This document shows, piece by piece, positions 25,929 to 38,562 of a stretch of DNA of 39,774 bases; within the stretch, counting starts at the first letter, position 1; the number at the start of each line of letters is the position of its first letter. The notes beneath the pieces were generated by a model, which saw only the letters and a program-made list of their open reading frames with translations, searched no databases and had not been told where the DNA came from. The DNA is taken from positions 1 through 39,774 of the forward strand of contig CAXHJY010001489.1 in assembly GCA_964016885.1 (NCBI GenBank), read 5' to 3'. The stretch comes from Eledone cirrhosa. Its lineage: Eukaryota. A program made the position numbers and the translations under genes.

Positions 25929-27656
25929 AACATGCATACATACATACATACAATCTCCACTCTGTCTCAACGTCCTCAGTTTACTGGAGCCAAAACACAA
26001 AAAACAATGCTCCACTCTTCAAGCGCTCACTATAGGTTATGTAACAACCTGGTTTCGATAGATAAGGTGGCACCGGACATATAGCTGCATTAGCAATTTA
26101 CAATATTGTAGCTGGTAGCAAAATAATCAACACAAGAAACGACCATATAACATAGAAGTACCATAAGACTGAACGGAACAATATAGTAGCAGGGAATACA
26201 GGATACATAGCAATATTATCAATAACAAATAGATACGCTGCCGGTAAAAGATTTCAAGGGGAACAAAAAGATAAGTTAATATGTCAGGATATGTAAATAC
26301 GAAAAAAAAATGATACGTTTGTGTACGGAGGAAAGACTGAAAGGGGTCTTACGACTAGACCATGAAGCAGAGTGATAGGTTTAGGAGAGAAATATTGGCG
26401 ATGTGGATACGAAAGCGGTAGGCCAGATAAATAAGGTGAAAGTGGAGAAAGGGGAGAAGAGTTGAAAAGGACCAAAATTGCCTTCTGGTAGGGGAAGAAG
26501 TGTATATATATATATATATATATACTTCTTCCCCTAATCAATGAAACAAGAAACGAACAAACAAGAGGATGCAATATATGTCAAGTGTTGAAATATTTTT
26601 TAAAAGGAGAATAAAATTTCGAACACTGGAAAATAACTGTGAAACCAGCTAAAGAGAATCGGGTAAAATACCCGTATAGACGGGAAAAGTGGCCAGCAGC
26701 CGCTACTGAAAGCTGAACTCTGTATCTTTCAAATTCCGGCTGTTGTGAGAGTTCGTTTAGCTCAATGGTACAGAGTCCATGCGGCCCCCGAACAACCTTT
26801 CTGCCCGAGGCAGAACAATTTTCGTGACTAATATTTTCCTAAAACTTGTTAATTTGTCCCTGCCTTAATATTTATAATACAATGTATTGCAATTTACCTA
26901 CGAAATACAATAAAATGGAAAATAATTGATTTTAGTAAAAGTGAAAACAAAAAAAAAAGGGAACTTTCGAAAAGTAAAAACGAAATTTAAGAAATCTTGT
27001 TCCACATTTTGTACTAATTCACATATCCCACTTACTATCAGATGTATTTTTCGGGGTGGAAAAGAAATATTGCCGATTAGCATAACTGCTGGAAACCCCT
27101 CCGACACACCTCATCTCATTTTTGGCCAGCTGTGCCTCTTCCCCTGGACGTAATGTGCTTTTAGAGTCCTTGAGTTTCATACCACAACACTAAGGGTTAT
27201 TACATATATCGTAATTACATGAAATACACAGAGATTACATGAAAGGTTAGAAACTAGAAATAGACACAGAAATCGAGTGTTGATGAAGGAATCAAAATTA
27301 TTTAAAATGAAGGTAGGGTAATAGATTGTTGAGAGACGATATACATATAAGAATGGGACACGTGTTTATCAAACTCCGAATAATGGCTGTAGGAGTCTTT
27401 AACTGCAAACATAAATACATATTAATAAATACATATTCTACATGACGTATTGTGTGAACGTCTTTGTGTACCTTTCCATATGTGTGTGTGTGTAGTGAGA
27501 ACGGCGTATGAGCGCCCAGGTCTATCGACTGAATGACCAACTGCCCACGAACAAACTACGCACGCACACACACACACGCGCACACATACATATATATAGG
27601 AATACACATACAAATATATATATATACACAAATACCCTCTCCCACATATATATGTA

Positions 27657-27735
27657 TTGGGTTGTCCAGTATGAAATTTGTAGAAATTTGTAGAAAATAA
27701 ATACATTTATACAAATTTCATACTTGACGACCCAA
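27657..27735. mobile_element. ~80-bp mariner-like MITE
   Basis: TA|TTGGGTTGTCCAGTATGAAATTTGTA ... TACAAATTTCATACTTGACGACCCAA|TA; 26-bp imperfect TIRs, TA TSD. Confidence 0.75.
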
Positions 27736-28225
27736 TATATATTTATATATATATCAAGCATCTGAAACTAATAATTCCCAGAAGAGATCCGATGAGCGGG
27801 AATTGTCCTTGTGCTTGTCTCTTCAGAGTTTTCTGATTCCTGTATATGTCCTACGTCTTTTATATATATATATACATATATATATATATGGAGAGAGAGA
27901 GAGGGAGAGGGAGAGAGAGAGAGAGAGAGACATACACACACGAACGCATAAAGACACACGTTTATATATACACACACGGACTGAAACGAGACGTACAAAT
28001 GAAAAGCTACATGTGACCTCTGGTTGACATTACGAAGGAAAGACAGATGTCAATAGTTTACCTGATTAATTAATTTCTTCTACACAGGTATCATCTATCT
28101 TCACTCTATCAACCAAGACTGAATTGGAATATAGAAACTCAAGATGACGAATTGTATCAATTATATATGATTCTGTGTGTGTTTTTGAATACTTTCTGTT
28201 GCTGTGCCTGTTACTATATATATGA

Positions 28226-29174
28226 CTAGCAGTAAAGCCCGGCGTTGCTCGGGGTCGCTCAGTAGCTGTGTTAAAGTTACAATGTTAAGTTTCTTTCTTG
28301 GCTTAAAAACTGTAGTGTCTACTGTGCAGACTTGCATGTGGTGTTTTTGATTAATATTCCCTCAACCAACAATATGCCTTATGAAGTTAAGAAAACATAA
28401 CGATAACCCGAATGTTAACAAAAGAGGATGCTGGGGATAGAAACTGCACTGGTTATTTATTAACAAAGATCGAAAATTTAAACACTGCAACGCAGAGAAA
28501 AACATTAGCGTAACCAAATTATCAGTTATGTCTGTCTGCACGCCTATATCACCTCTCTGCATGACTGTTTGTCTGCACGCCTATATCACCTCTCTACACG
28601 ACTGTCTGTCTGCACGCCTATATCACCTCTCTGCACGACTGTCTGTCTGCACGCCTATATCACCTCTCTGCACGACTGTCTGTCTGCACGCCTATATCAC
28701 CTCTCTGCACGACTGTCTGTCTGCACGACTGTCTGTCTGCACGCCTAACGACGAAATATTTGCTTGTTTTACGTAGTCTTTAAATAGGCTTGTTTTCAAG
28801 TAAAAATATTGTTTTAAAATGCTTTTAAATGGAAATGAAGCAAAACGGAAGCTTAGTGTTCGAACTGATGAATTTTGCAGGTCAATATTTTGCTGGCTCG
28901 ACAACTGTTAAAGCCAGCGTAATTTTTTACGTAAGACGCTCAATGTAAACAGAACAAAGGGAAATAACTGATCACTTACGCTCAAAAATCGATACATTAT
29001 ATTCGATTTCGTCACATAGGGTGGGTCAATTTGAAATTTTTTTTTTCCGATGTCTTCGCTAGGGCTCAATGTACAAGTATAGCAATTTCGGTGCAATTCC
29101 GTGAGAGATTCTAAGAGGAGATGTGTGCCAAAAATCGATAGACAGACAGACAACCACAGTTTTATATATATAGA
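28226..29174 (-). mobile_element. Non-autonomous Helitron
   Basis: Minus strand begins A|TCTATATATATAAAACTGTGG with (GTCT)n and ends with hairpin CCCGAGCAACGCCGGG then CTAG|T; no TSD; AT insertion site. Confidence 0.85.
28529..28747. repeat. 37-bp minisatellite (~5.5 copies) inside the Helitron
   Basis: Unit TGTCTGTCTGCACGCCTATATCACCTCTCTGCACGAC. Confidence 0.92.
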
Positions 29175-29264
29175 TTGTGTGTATACGTGCGTGCGTCGGT
29201 GTGTGTGTTAGTATATTAATGTAAAGACTGTAATGCTTAAAAAGAGCAGAGAGTTCAGAAGACC

Positions 29265-29338
29265 GTATGTTTGTATGTATGTATGTATGTATGTATGTAT
29301 GTATGTATGTATGTATGTATGTATGTTTGTATGTATGT
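29265..29338. repeat. (TATG)n at the 3' junction of the R4 element
   Basis: Direct inspection. Confidence 0.95.
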
Positions 29339-32300
29339 TATTCTGGTTTTATAATTTCACAAAGTTTTACCAATGGAGAGAGAGTCGGTTTCTAACATAG
29401 ACACAAGACTCTCTCATTGGAATTTACACAACATCAACTAGGTAGATATGTATGTATGCATGCATGTGTAGATATGGATGTTATTGTATGTGTGGATGTG
29501 TATGTTTTGAGTTGTATGTGTGCATGTGTATATGCTTTGCATCTGTACATGTGTATATGCAGTTATTAGATGCAAAATGTTTGGAATGTTTTACATATTT
29601 TTACTGTTCCATTAATGGATTGTAATTGTAATTTCCTAACTAGTTGTGTTCTTTCTGTTCCTGTGAAGCCTAGCTTCTCAAGATTTGTATTGAGGCGGTT
29701 ACTAACATATCCCAATGCCCCAATAATCACAGGCATAAATCTGAAGGTGTAATCAGGGTGGAGTATCTGCAGATTTCTCATCAGTTCTGCATAAATATTC
29801 TCCTTTTCACTAATCTTTGATATTATATTGGCATCTGCTGGGCAGCTAATTCCACTACTGTGCATGCTTTCTTCTCCCTGTCCCATATCATAATATCTGG
29901 TCTGTTATGCCTTCATTTTATTGGGGTTTTTACTGGAACATTCCGCCAGTACTCTTTCATATTATGTACATGGATGTCTTCCACATTGCTGTAGCTTTTA
30001 ATGTGTTTATTATCGGGGCTACCTTTTTTACGAACTGCATTGTACATTGATTGTTTTGGCTGCTACATCATGCCTCATAGGTAGATAGTACCCCGATGAC
30101 AACTTTGGACAGCTGCTGACGACATGGGTGATATCCTGGATGTTAGTTCTGCAGAGTCTGCACTTGTTATCACATCTAGGTGTTTTGCCTGCATCCCTAT
30201 CTCTTTTGTGAATCAGGTATTTCGTGTTAATCTCCTGTTCCTGGATTGTAAAAGCGTATCCTTCAAAGTGGGAGCCAATATAGCGGTTGTTGGTCCAAGA
30301 TAGACTATTTTCCTTATCTATTACTCTCACTCTGGAGCTTCCTGGCAACATATCCATGCATGCTTTTTTGCTGATACGCCTGCAGTTTTTCATCCATGGA
30401 TTCACTGCGATACTGCTGAGCGACATCCCTGGGTGTGAGTTTTTGATTATCACACAGGGAATATCTCTCGAGGAGTTCCTTCCCAACTCTCATGATCTTA
30501 TCTGTTTCATGCAGATAGACTTGCTCGAGAAACGGGCTCCTACGCTTCGAGGTTCGTAGATGTTGTCGGAGAGATATGATGCGAAATTCAAATATTGTCT
30601 GGACTGATGTTAGGCCTCTGCCTCCCTGCTTACGTTTCAAGTAAAGGCGGTCTATGTCACTATTGATGTGGAAGTTTCCGGTGTTGTTCAGTATTTTTCG
30701 ACTTCCAACATCAACTACTCAGATTTCGTCTATCGTCCAATTGAGTATTCCAAACATTGGTGTTAGGACAGGCACAGCAAACATATTGTGAGCCACTGTT
30801 TTGTTTTGCGCAGAGAGTTCCGATGACCAGATCTTTCTTAATCGGGTGTAGTATTCCCTGGTTACGCGTTCTTTATTACAGATACCATTATAGGATATGT
30901 TCTCATCTATCCTCAGGTATCTGTAGCAGTCCTCATCAGATATCGGTGAAACAGTTAGGCCATTGATGACAATGTTGCTAGATTGGGTTGTTGTTTTTCC
31001 CCGCTTTACAGTCATGTATGAGCATTTATCTTGGCCAAACTCCATTCCTATATCCTTTGAGAACGTTGTAACCAGGTCAAGATTTTTCTTCATCCCATCC
31101 ATGTTCTTGGCATAGAGTTTCAGATCGTCCACAAAGAAATTATGGGTTAGGTTCGTATTTCTGTCCTCCTGTGAGCCAATGATGTATCCCTCATATTTCT
31201 TGAGCAGAAAGGACAAGGGGTTTAATGACAAGATGAATAATGTCACTGAGACACTGTCCCCCTGAAATATACCCCTGCAATATTTTATTTTATCAGTGAA
31301 AATAGCGTCCTCCCTCTCTGTCTTTAACCTTTGGATAGTAGCCCAAGAAGAAGACAGCCTCTCTATGGCTCTGACAATAATGTCTGGGACTTTAGCAAGT
31401 TGGAGGGCCTCTATTATCCAAGAGTGGGGAACAGAATCGAAAGCTTTCCTGTAGTCCAGCCAGACTGTAGTAATATTCCTCCTAAGTTGTCGCACCTCCG
31501 ACATCGCAGTTTTGTTGATTAGGAGTTGTTCAGCACCCCCCCCCCCCCCCCAAACCCCTTTCTTTCCAGCTGCTTGTTCATCTGTGATGATGTTATTATT
31601 TTTACAGTGATCTTGGAGGAATAGGTTCAGGCAGGTTGTATACATCTTATACATCAGGTTCTGGCATGCAATGGGTCGGTAGATTTTTCCAAGTGGGTGT
31701 CTTTGTTCTTGGGGACCAGTAATGTTTGTGCTAATGTTAACCATTCTGGTATAAGTGTATCTCCCTGAAGAACTTGTTGGTAGAGGTCAGTAAGATACCT
31801 CCGATAGAATATCAGTTTTTTGTACCAGTAGCCGACAATCATGTCTCTTCCTGGTGTTTTCTTATCTTGGAGTTTTCCTATCACAGTCTCAAGGGTACCC
31901 TCACTTATTTCGTATGTTTTTGTTGTAGTGTAGGAGCAATAGTTCTTTCGGATTTCTCTTAGCCACACTGCATCTTGGTTGAAATTCTTCTTTTCACTCC
32001 ATATTTTGCTCCAAAAGGAATCTATGTCTCTCAGTGACACTTATTATTTTGCCCTTCATATCTCTATAGACTGATGTTTGGTTTCGTCTGAATCTTTTAT
32101 TAAGCACTTTTCTCTCATCTACCTCCTTCAGGTATCGGGGTTTTCGCTAACAGCTCTCAATTCTTGTTTGAGGGTGATCAGCTTATATTGGAGAGTTCTG
32201 GTTCTACTGTTACCAAACATCGTCTCTATTTTATTTTTCACTCTTTGTTGGTGAGGAATGAGGTTTTTTTGTGTTTGTTTGCATGTAAGGAGCATTGTCA

Positions 32301-33423
32301 CATATCTTATGTTTTTTCGTAGGTCAGCAATCTATTTTTCTATTTTAGTTATATGATGGTATTTTTGCTATCACCAAGATAATGCTTCACTGTCGTTGCT
32401 AAGGCATATAAACAGGTGTTGATTTGCCAAAATGTTGGGGTTTTTATCCGTCGTAAATATTCATCCTCTATTTCGTCAATAACACGAAATATTTAATTAT
32501 TTGGTTTTTTATTAAACATTTTCGTTTTAATACGTTCAGCAAAAGAAATATTCATACATGTGTTAATTTCTCTCTGGAAGATTTCGTTGAGGGAAATTTT
32601 CAATTGTTTATACTTTTGATTATTATCATTATCGATAGTATTTTCCACAACAGTCGAGGTAGACTCGGATGGTACACGTGGTGTCAAATTTCTTCGATTA
32701 TTATTATTATTTCTTCGATTATTATTATTATCGATAGTGTTTTCCCCAGCATTCGAGGTAGACATAGTACATGTAGTCTCAAGTTTCTTACATGCATAAT
32801 TGTTTCAAGATGCTGTTCGATCTGGCTGCTAGGAAGTCTAGTAGCATGGCGACCTGTAGCACGTGTTGTTGATAACCTGTTTGTTGTGGGGGACTTAAAA
32901 TTAATAATATTTATCTTATTTTTACGTTCAACAAACGTCGCTTGTTGGCGTAATTGTTTCGATGTGAAATAATTTAGCTCTGGGTGCATTTCGTCCCGGT
33001 GTAGCTCCATTCTATTCATATAGCCAATGGAGGGATTGTTGTTTTCCATTTTATAACAATTAAATAAATCATTATTAAGTTCTCAACTCCAAGAGAAATG
33101 CGATTTATAATTTCGGTTTCTTCTGTAGCTACAACTTAATAAAGTTTGATTACCTTCCTTGTTATTTGTCTTAGGTACTTCCTTAATTTTTTTGTTGATG
33201 TTGTGTTCAGCCATGCTGTTTGTAGCAAATCCTTGTAAAATGAATTATGTATTTAGTCGGATATCTCAACGAATTCGAATAAAACGTGTCTTCAGAGATA
33301 TAGTTAGAAGAATAACCAGTTATTCAACATGACTGTAGTTGTGGCATTACTGTCGGAGATAGTATTCATCTTAAATTTAATAAATAGTCTCCCACGCCAA
33401 AATATGCGACTGATCGCGTTGAC
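29338..33423 (-). mobile_element. R4/Dong-clade non-LTR retrotransposon (RLE endonuclease), near full length, decayed
   Basis: N-terminal WS*ELNNDLFNCY..GYMNRM..KQLRQQA; RT YRPIACQN, WLDYRKAFDSVPHSW, GIFQGDS, FFVDDLKLY; CCHC CRLC..HVVSSCP; RLE region HNRPDI..ISCPAD..K..Y..PVIIGALG; TATG tracts at both ends. Confidence 0.9.
29566..33214 (-). pseudogene. Single R4-type ORF (RT, zinc knuckle, restriction-like endonuclease) broken by several frameshifts and stops
   Basis: ORF-track fragments 32684-33049, 32493-32765, 31654-32040, 30719-31744, 30314-30640, 30028-30486 and 29566-29886 are colinear; putative ATG at 33214. Confidence 0.85.
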
Positions 33424-33456
33424 TATGTATATATGTATGTATGTATGTATGTATGT

Positions 33457-34064
33457 CAGGTCACCAGTTGGTGCTACTGGTAACATGTATCCCAGTACAA
33501 CCTGTCTCATGGTCGGGTCGTTGGCGACTAAACTGGCAACCCCACCAAGGTTTCTTGGTGAGGAGGGTGACTTTGGACATCCTGCAGGACTAAAAACAAA
33601 ACCTGTCAAAGGTCAAAGGAGCTCTTAAGAGTCAATGGCCATCCAAAATCACCGGGAGAGATGACCCCTTAGCCTTAGTCAAGGTAGAATTCTAGGAGAA
33701 GGAAAACTCTGATATAACACCTGCAACCCTGATGATATCCAATGATGTTGACTTGTTCTTCTTTTTGGTAAATATCATCTTGGTTAAGAGAGTGGGACTG
33801 GCTTTGTGCAGTGCCTTTGCTCACTATAAAAGCTTCACGGCACAGGCATTGCTTTATATCTGGAGATCTCTCTGCATTTGTCGTCACATGGTACCATGGG
33901 CCCAGCACTATGTGTCAATAATTGTCAAAAGTGTAGTGTTTGTACCAGAGTTTTGAAGTCGCTGGTTAGACTGAAAAGTCACACTCGTTCAGCGTATCGG
34001 TAGGGGTTCTCCTACATGGATATAAAGTAGTGGCCGTACTCGAAAACGAGTTGGCAGCCACCAT
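33457..34064 (+). mobile_element. Bipartite RTE element subfamily A, full-length copy 2
   Basis: Matches the reverse complement of 1403-2017; flanked 5' and 3' by (TATG)n. Confidence 0.85.
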
Positions 34065-34328
34065 GTATGTATGTATGTATGTATGTATGTATGTATGTAT
34101 GTATGTATGTATGTATGTATGTATGTATGTATGTATGCATGCGTGTATGTATGTATGTATGTATGTATGTATGTATGTATGTATGTATGTATGTATGTAT
34201 GTACGTATGTATGTATGTATGTACGTATGTAAGTATGTATGTATGTATGTATGTAGGTAGATAGATAGGTAGGAGGGTATGTATGTATGTATGTATTTAT
34301 GTATGTATGTATTTATGTATGTATGTGT
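34064..34328. repeat. (TATG)n tail/array
   Basis: Direct inspection. Confidence 0.95.
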
Positions 34329-34329
34329 T

Positions 34330-35036
34330 CGTGGGGACATGGAATTACTCAGTTTCGTGCCCCAGCGAGCGCATAGCCTACCGGGAGGGAGAGACCCCTA
34401 GTTCTTGTTAGGACATCATTCTAAGACAGTGGTTCCCAAACTGGGGTCCGCGATTGGGGGGGGGGGGTGCAAAGGCTTAGCCAAATTTTCATGGTATACT
34501 GTGATTGAAGTTTTAAATCTAGGAAGCAATTTTTCTTATTGAACATGATAGCAGTAGAATTGTCATGCATTTCATAAAAGTTCGTCTTTGAAACATTTTG
34601 GAAATGCTGCCATAATATGATAGGGGACCGCGAGGCATTAAAAAAAATGGTAAGGGGACCGGCGAGAAAAAAATTTGGAACAGTTTGGGAACCACTGTTC
34701 TAAGAGAAGGGAAACTGTGATGTGAAACCTGCGACTTGATGACAGCCAAAGATGTTGACCTGTTCTTTTTGGATACCTGTCACTAATGTTCACAGATTGG
34801 GATTGGTTCAATCCTAGGTCTTTCTTTATTTAAAAAGGTTTCAGACACAGGCATCACTTGATCTAAACGACTTTCACGTGTGTTGCGTGAGCATGGCCGT
34901 TTCATTTTTCCTTTCGCTGCAGCATATGCAGAAAGGAATCTAAGTCTTTGGAAGGGCTCAAATTTTATGTTCGTGCCTCCAGTGTATGAAAAATGGTCAA
35001 GGGATGGCAATTCTCGAAATCGAGATCCTGTCATTA
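34330..35036 (+). mobile_element. Bipartite RTE element subfamily C (older), interrupted by a hAT MITE
   Basis: CCGGGAG..GACCCCTAG..TTCTAAGAGAAGGGAAACTGTGAT..ACCTGC..GATGTTGAC aligns to subfamily A; 34918 onward translates CSICRKESKSLEGLKFYVRA; 3' stem-loop TCTCG-AAAT-CGAGA. Confidence 0.75.
34427..34697. mobile_element. hAT (Charlie-like) MITE, 271 bp
   Basis: Perfect 17-bp TIRs CAGTGGTTCCCAAACTG / CAGTTTGGGAACCACTG; 8-bp TSD TTCTAAGA at 34419-34426 and 34698-34705. Confidence 0.95.
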
Positions 35037-35504
35037 TGCATGCATGTGTATATGCATTTATTCCTTACTGTATTTGATCTATGCGTCAGTATATGATATA
35101 TATTTATAAAAATACATTATTTTCTTAACATATGCCCAATGGTATCCGAAACAAAATCTAAATCGTTATTAAATCCGGATTTAGCTGACGCAAGCCCATG
35201 TAATTTTCCAATGTGTACTTTTAAATCATGTTCTCTTGTTTCGAGAATTGTCTATATGTAACATTCTGTCTGTCTATCTTTGTTTTCTTACTCAATGTAT
35301 TATAAGTGAAGGGAAAGAAAAACAAACATCCGTACATATCAACGCAGGTGGATCCTTTATATAGTTCCTGAGCTTGTTAGAAATAGCAGCCACATTACAC
35401 TGTTTTTAAAATAGTAGGATTTGGCTGGCATAGATAATATTCCTTTATTATGGAAATATATATCATATCAATGCAAAACCCTATCTCCATATAGTGTGTT
35501 CACA

Positions 35505-35507
<3 letters not shown>

Positions 35508-35584
<77 letters not shown>

Positions 35585-35628
35585 CGTATACATACATAAT
35601 TATATTTAAATTAACACACACTGACGTG

Positions 35629-35659
<31 letters not shown>

Positions 35660-35696
35660 ATGTGTGTGTATGTATATATATAAATATATGTATATG

Positions 35697-35789
<93 letters not shown>

Positions 35790-35810
35790 TCACACACACA
35801 CATACACAAA
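35508..35810. repeat. Compound TA/TG/CA microsatellites
   Basis: Direct inspection. Confidence 0.9.
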
Positions 35811-36299
35811 TGTATTTGTATATATGGATGTATCTGCCTATGCGGGCGCGCGTGCGCGCGTGTTTGTGTGTATGTTTGTAAGCACTTTTAAAGAAGGACA
35901 CGCTTCAGAAATTAAAATATCACATAGTAACTTGCCCTATCACCTATACATCAATCAATGTTGTATATTTTGTTCAAAGCCAGACACCACCCAGCCAGAG
36001 AGAACCCCACAGTGAGGTAGGTAGAGTTGAAATCCCATTTCTCTATACAATATTATTACAAATGTCTTAGTGAACTATAGTGTTCATTGAGTCTTACATT
36101 CAAGTTTGACTTTCACTTCATTTCACAGAATGGTACGGTATATTGTGTGGTGGTCGTGTTGTATGTATATACACATGAATGGTATTGTGTGTATGTGTAT
36201 GTGTATGCGTTTACATATCAGTGTATATAGGTTTTTATACATGTATATCTATCTACCTATCCATCCCTATTTGTCTCTTTGTATGCATGCATGCGTATA

Positions 36300-36790
<491 letters not shown>

Positions 36791-37217
36791 ATTATGTGTG
36801 TAAGTGTGTCTTTTAAGGAGAACTAAATACCATTATGTTAGAGCATAGATAATTTCTTGAATATGTTACCATGTTATGTGGTAAGATGGAAACATCACTA
36901 TCATCCTTTTCAGCGATTATCTGTCCATTGCTAGGTGAAGGTGTCCACAAACTTCTGCTGCCAATTGCTGTTATTATAGCCTCCTTATCTATGTAACGTC
37001 CATATATCTAAAAATTTCACCTGCTTATTTCAACTTCTGCTTTCCCCGACTACCTTAATCTGTTCATCTAGGTCTCCATTCTGTACATACCTTTGTCACC
37101 TGTTGTCGAGTGTGCCACATGTCACCTTAATTCTTATTTTACCTTCTTAAAATATTTTATTATCGTTTGTACTTTAAATTCCTCTCTTAGCCATAGCCAT
37201 TGATCATATTTGGGTAA

Positions 37218-37219
<2 letters not shown>

Positions 37220-37299
<80 letters not shown>

Positions 37300-37360
37300 G
37301 TGTGTGTGTGTGTGTATATACCCACATACAAAGATATATAAATGTATATATATATGTATG

Positions 37361-37394
<34 letters not shown>

Positions 37395-37770
37395 TTAATA
37401 TGCACATATACACAGCAACATTTGTATTTATTAAATTTTACTTTTGTATATCATAAATGTGTGTGTGTATATATGCATATATGTATGTGTTTATATATAT
37501 AAACGAAAAAAATGAAACGAAATTTCATTTCTCACTCTTAGTACGGCTGTTATTTAAATATAAGTATGTATATATATGTGTGCATGTATGTATATATATA
37601 TATATATATATATACTACTGTACGTCTGTATACCTATATGTATGTACGTGTACCTACTTATATTTATATATATAATCCTCCATTATATATATATGTATGT
37701 TTATATATATATATATATATCACCTGTATATGTATGTACATTTATACACATATATATATGTACGTACGTA

Positions 37771-37812
<42 letters not shown>

Positions 37813-37842
37813 TATATATATATATATATAGATAGATAGATG
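37220..37842. repeat. Low-complexity TA/TG/CA-rich region
   Basis: Direct inspection. Confidence 0.85.
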
Positions 37843-38329
37843 GTAGACGCATATGTCACACATGCTTCACATATACATACATTATCACGATGTGTTTCTA
37901 TCCTATTTAAATTTCCTACGTGACCTAAGTTGATCTTTCAATCTACCCCTTTCAAATGGAAAAGTAAAAATAATTATAAACCTTCTCTTCTTCCCACTTT
38001 GCCCGCTCATTTACTTGTCGTTCATAGCTGTTATATCCCTAGACTTATACAACGACTGTATATATGTGTGTGTTTTTGTGCGTGCGTATGTTCATTTAAC
38101 TGCCAGACAGTATAGGTATCCTATCGTTACGGTTGGACGGATCACTAACCCCAGGCAAAACATCGCTCTATCATTTCTTCATGACTCGCTTCCCATGTAA
38201 TGACTACAATAGTCCCGTTCGCCTCGTTATCCATCATTGCTATCCCTCCATTTATCTTCCTAACCTTCCCTATATCTTACACACACATACACACTCTCCA
38301 AATTAGTTTGCCTTGCTTATGTATGTATG

Positions 38330-38543
38330 TTCTTCTGGTTTTATAATTTCACAAAGTTTTACCAATAGAGAGAGAGAGTCGGTTTCTAACATAGACACAA
38401 GACTCTCTCATTGGAATTTACACAACATGAACTAGGTAGACATGTATGTATGCATGTGTAGATATGGATGTTATTGTATGTGTGGATATGCATGTTTTGA
38501 GTTGTATGTGTGCATGTGTATATGCTCTGCATCTGTACATGTA
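38330..38543 (-). mobile_element. 5'-truncated copy of the R4 element (3'UTR only)
   Basis: Close match to 29338-29551, with the same 3' junction against TATG repeats. Confidence 0.88.
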
Positions 38544-38562
38544 TGTATGTATGTATGTATGT

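Noticed and set aside
26580-26840. ~85-codon open frame on the minus strand after an AG
   Set aside because: No recognisable product, phase incompatible with the 27036-27189 candidate exon, and it contains a GGGGCCGCATG motif typical of hAT remnants
27760-27845. Hammerhead-like words (GAAAC, CCGATGAG, minus-strand CTGAAGA)
   Set aside because: Order and stems do not assemble into a valid fold
28529-28747. 37-bp repeats resembling a CRISPR array in length
   Set aside because: Head-to-tail with no unique spacers, inside a Helitron, eukaryotic context, no cas genes
33457-33545. Canonical HDV-like ribozyme call
   Set aside because: P2 and P4/CUAA-like parts fit, but no P1 helix or L3 consensus could be placed; kept only as a candidate structured RNA
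36900-37130. Old RTE 3' fragment on the minus strand
   Set aside because: Only faint GHVA/RG-like traces; too decayed to call
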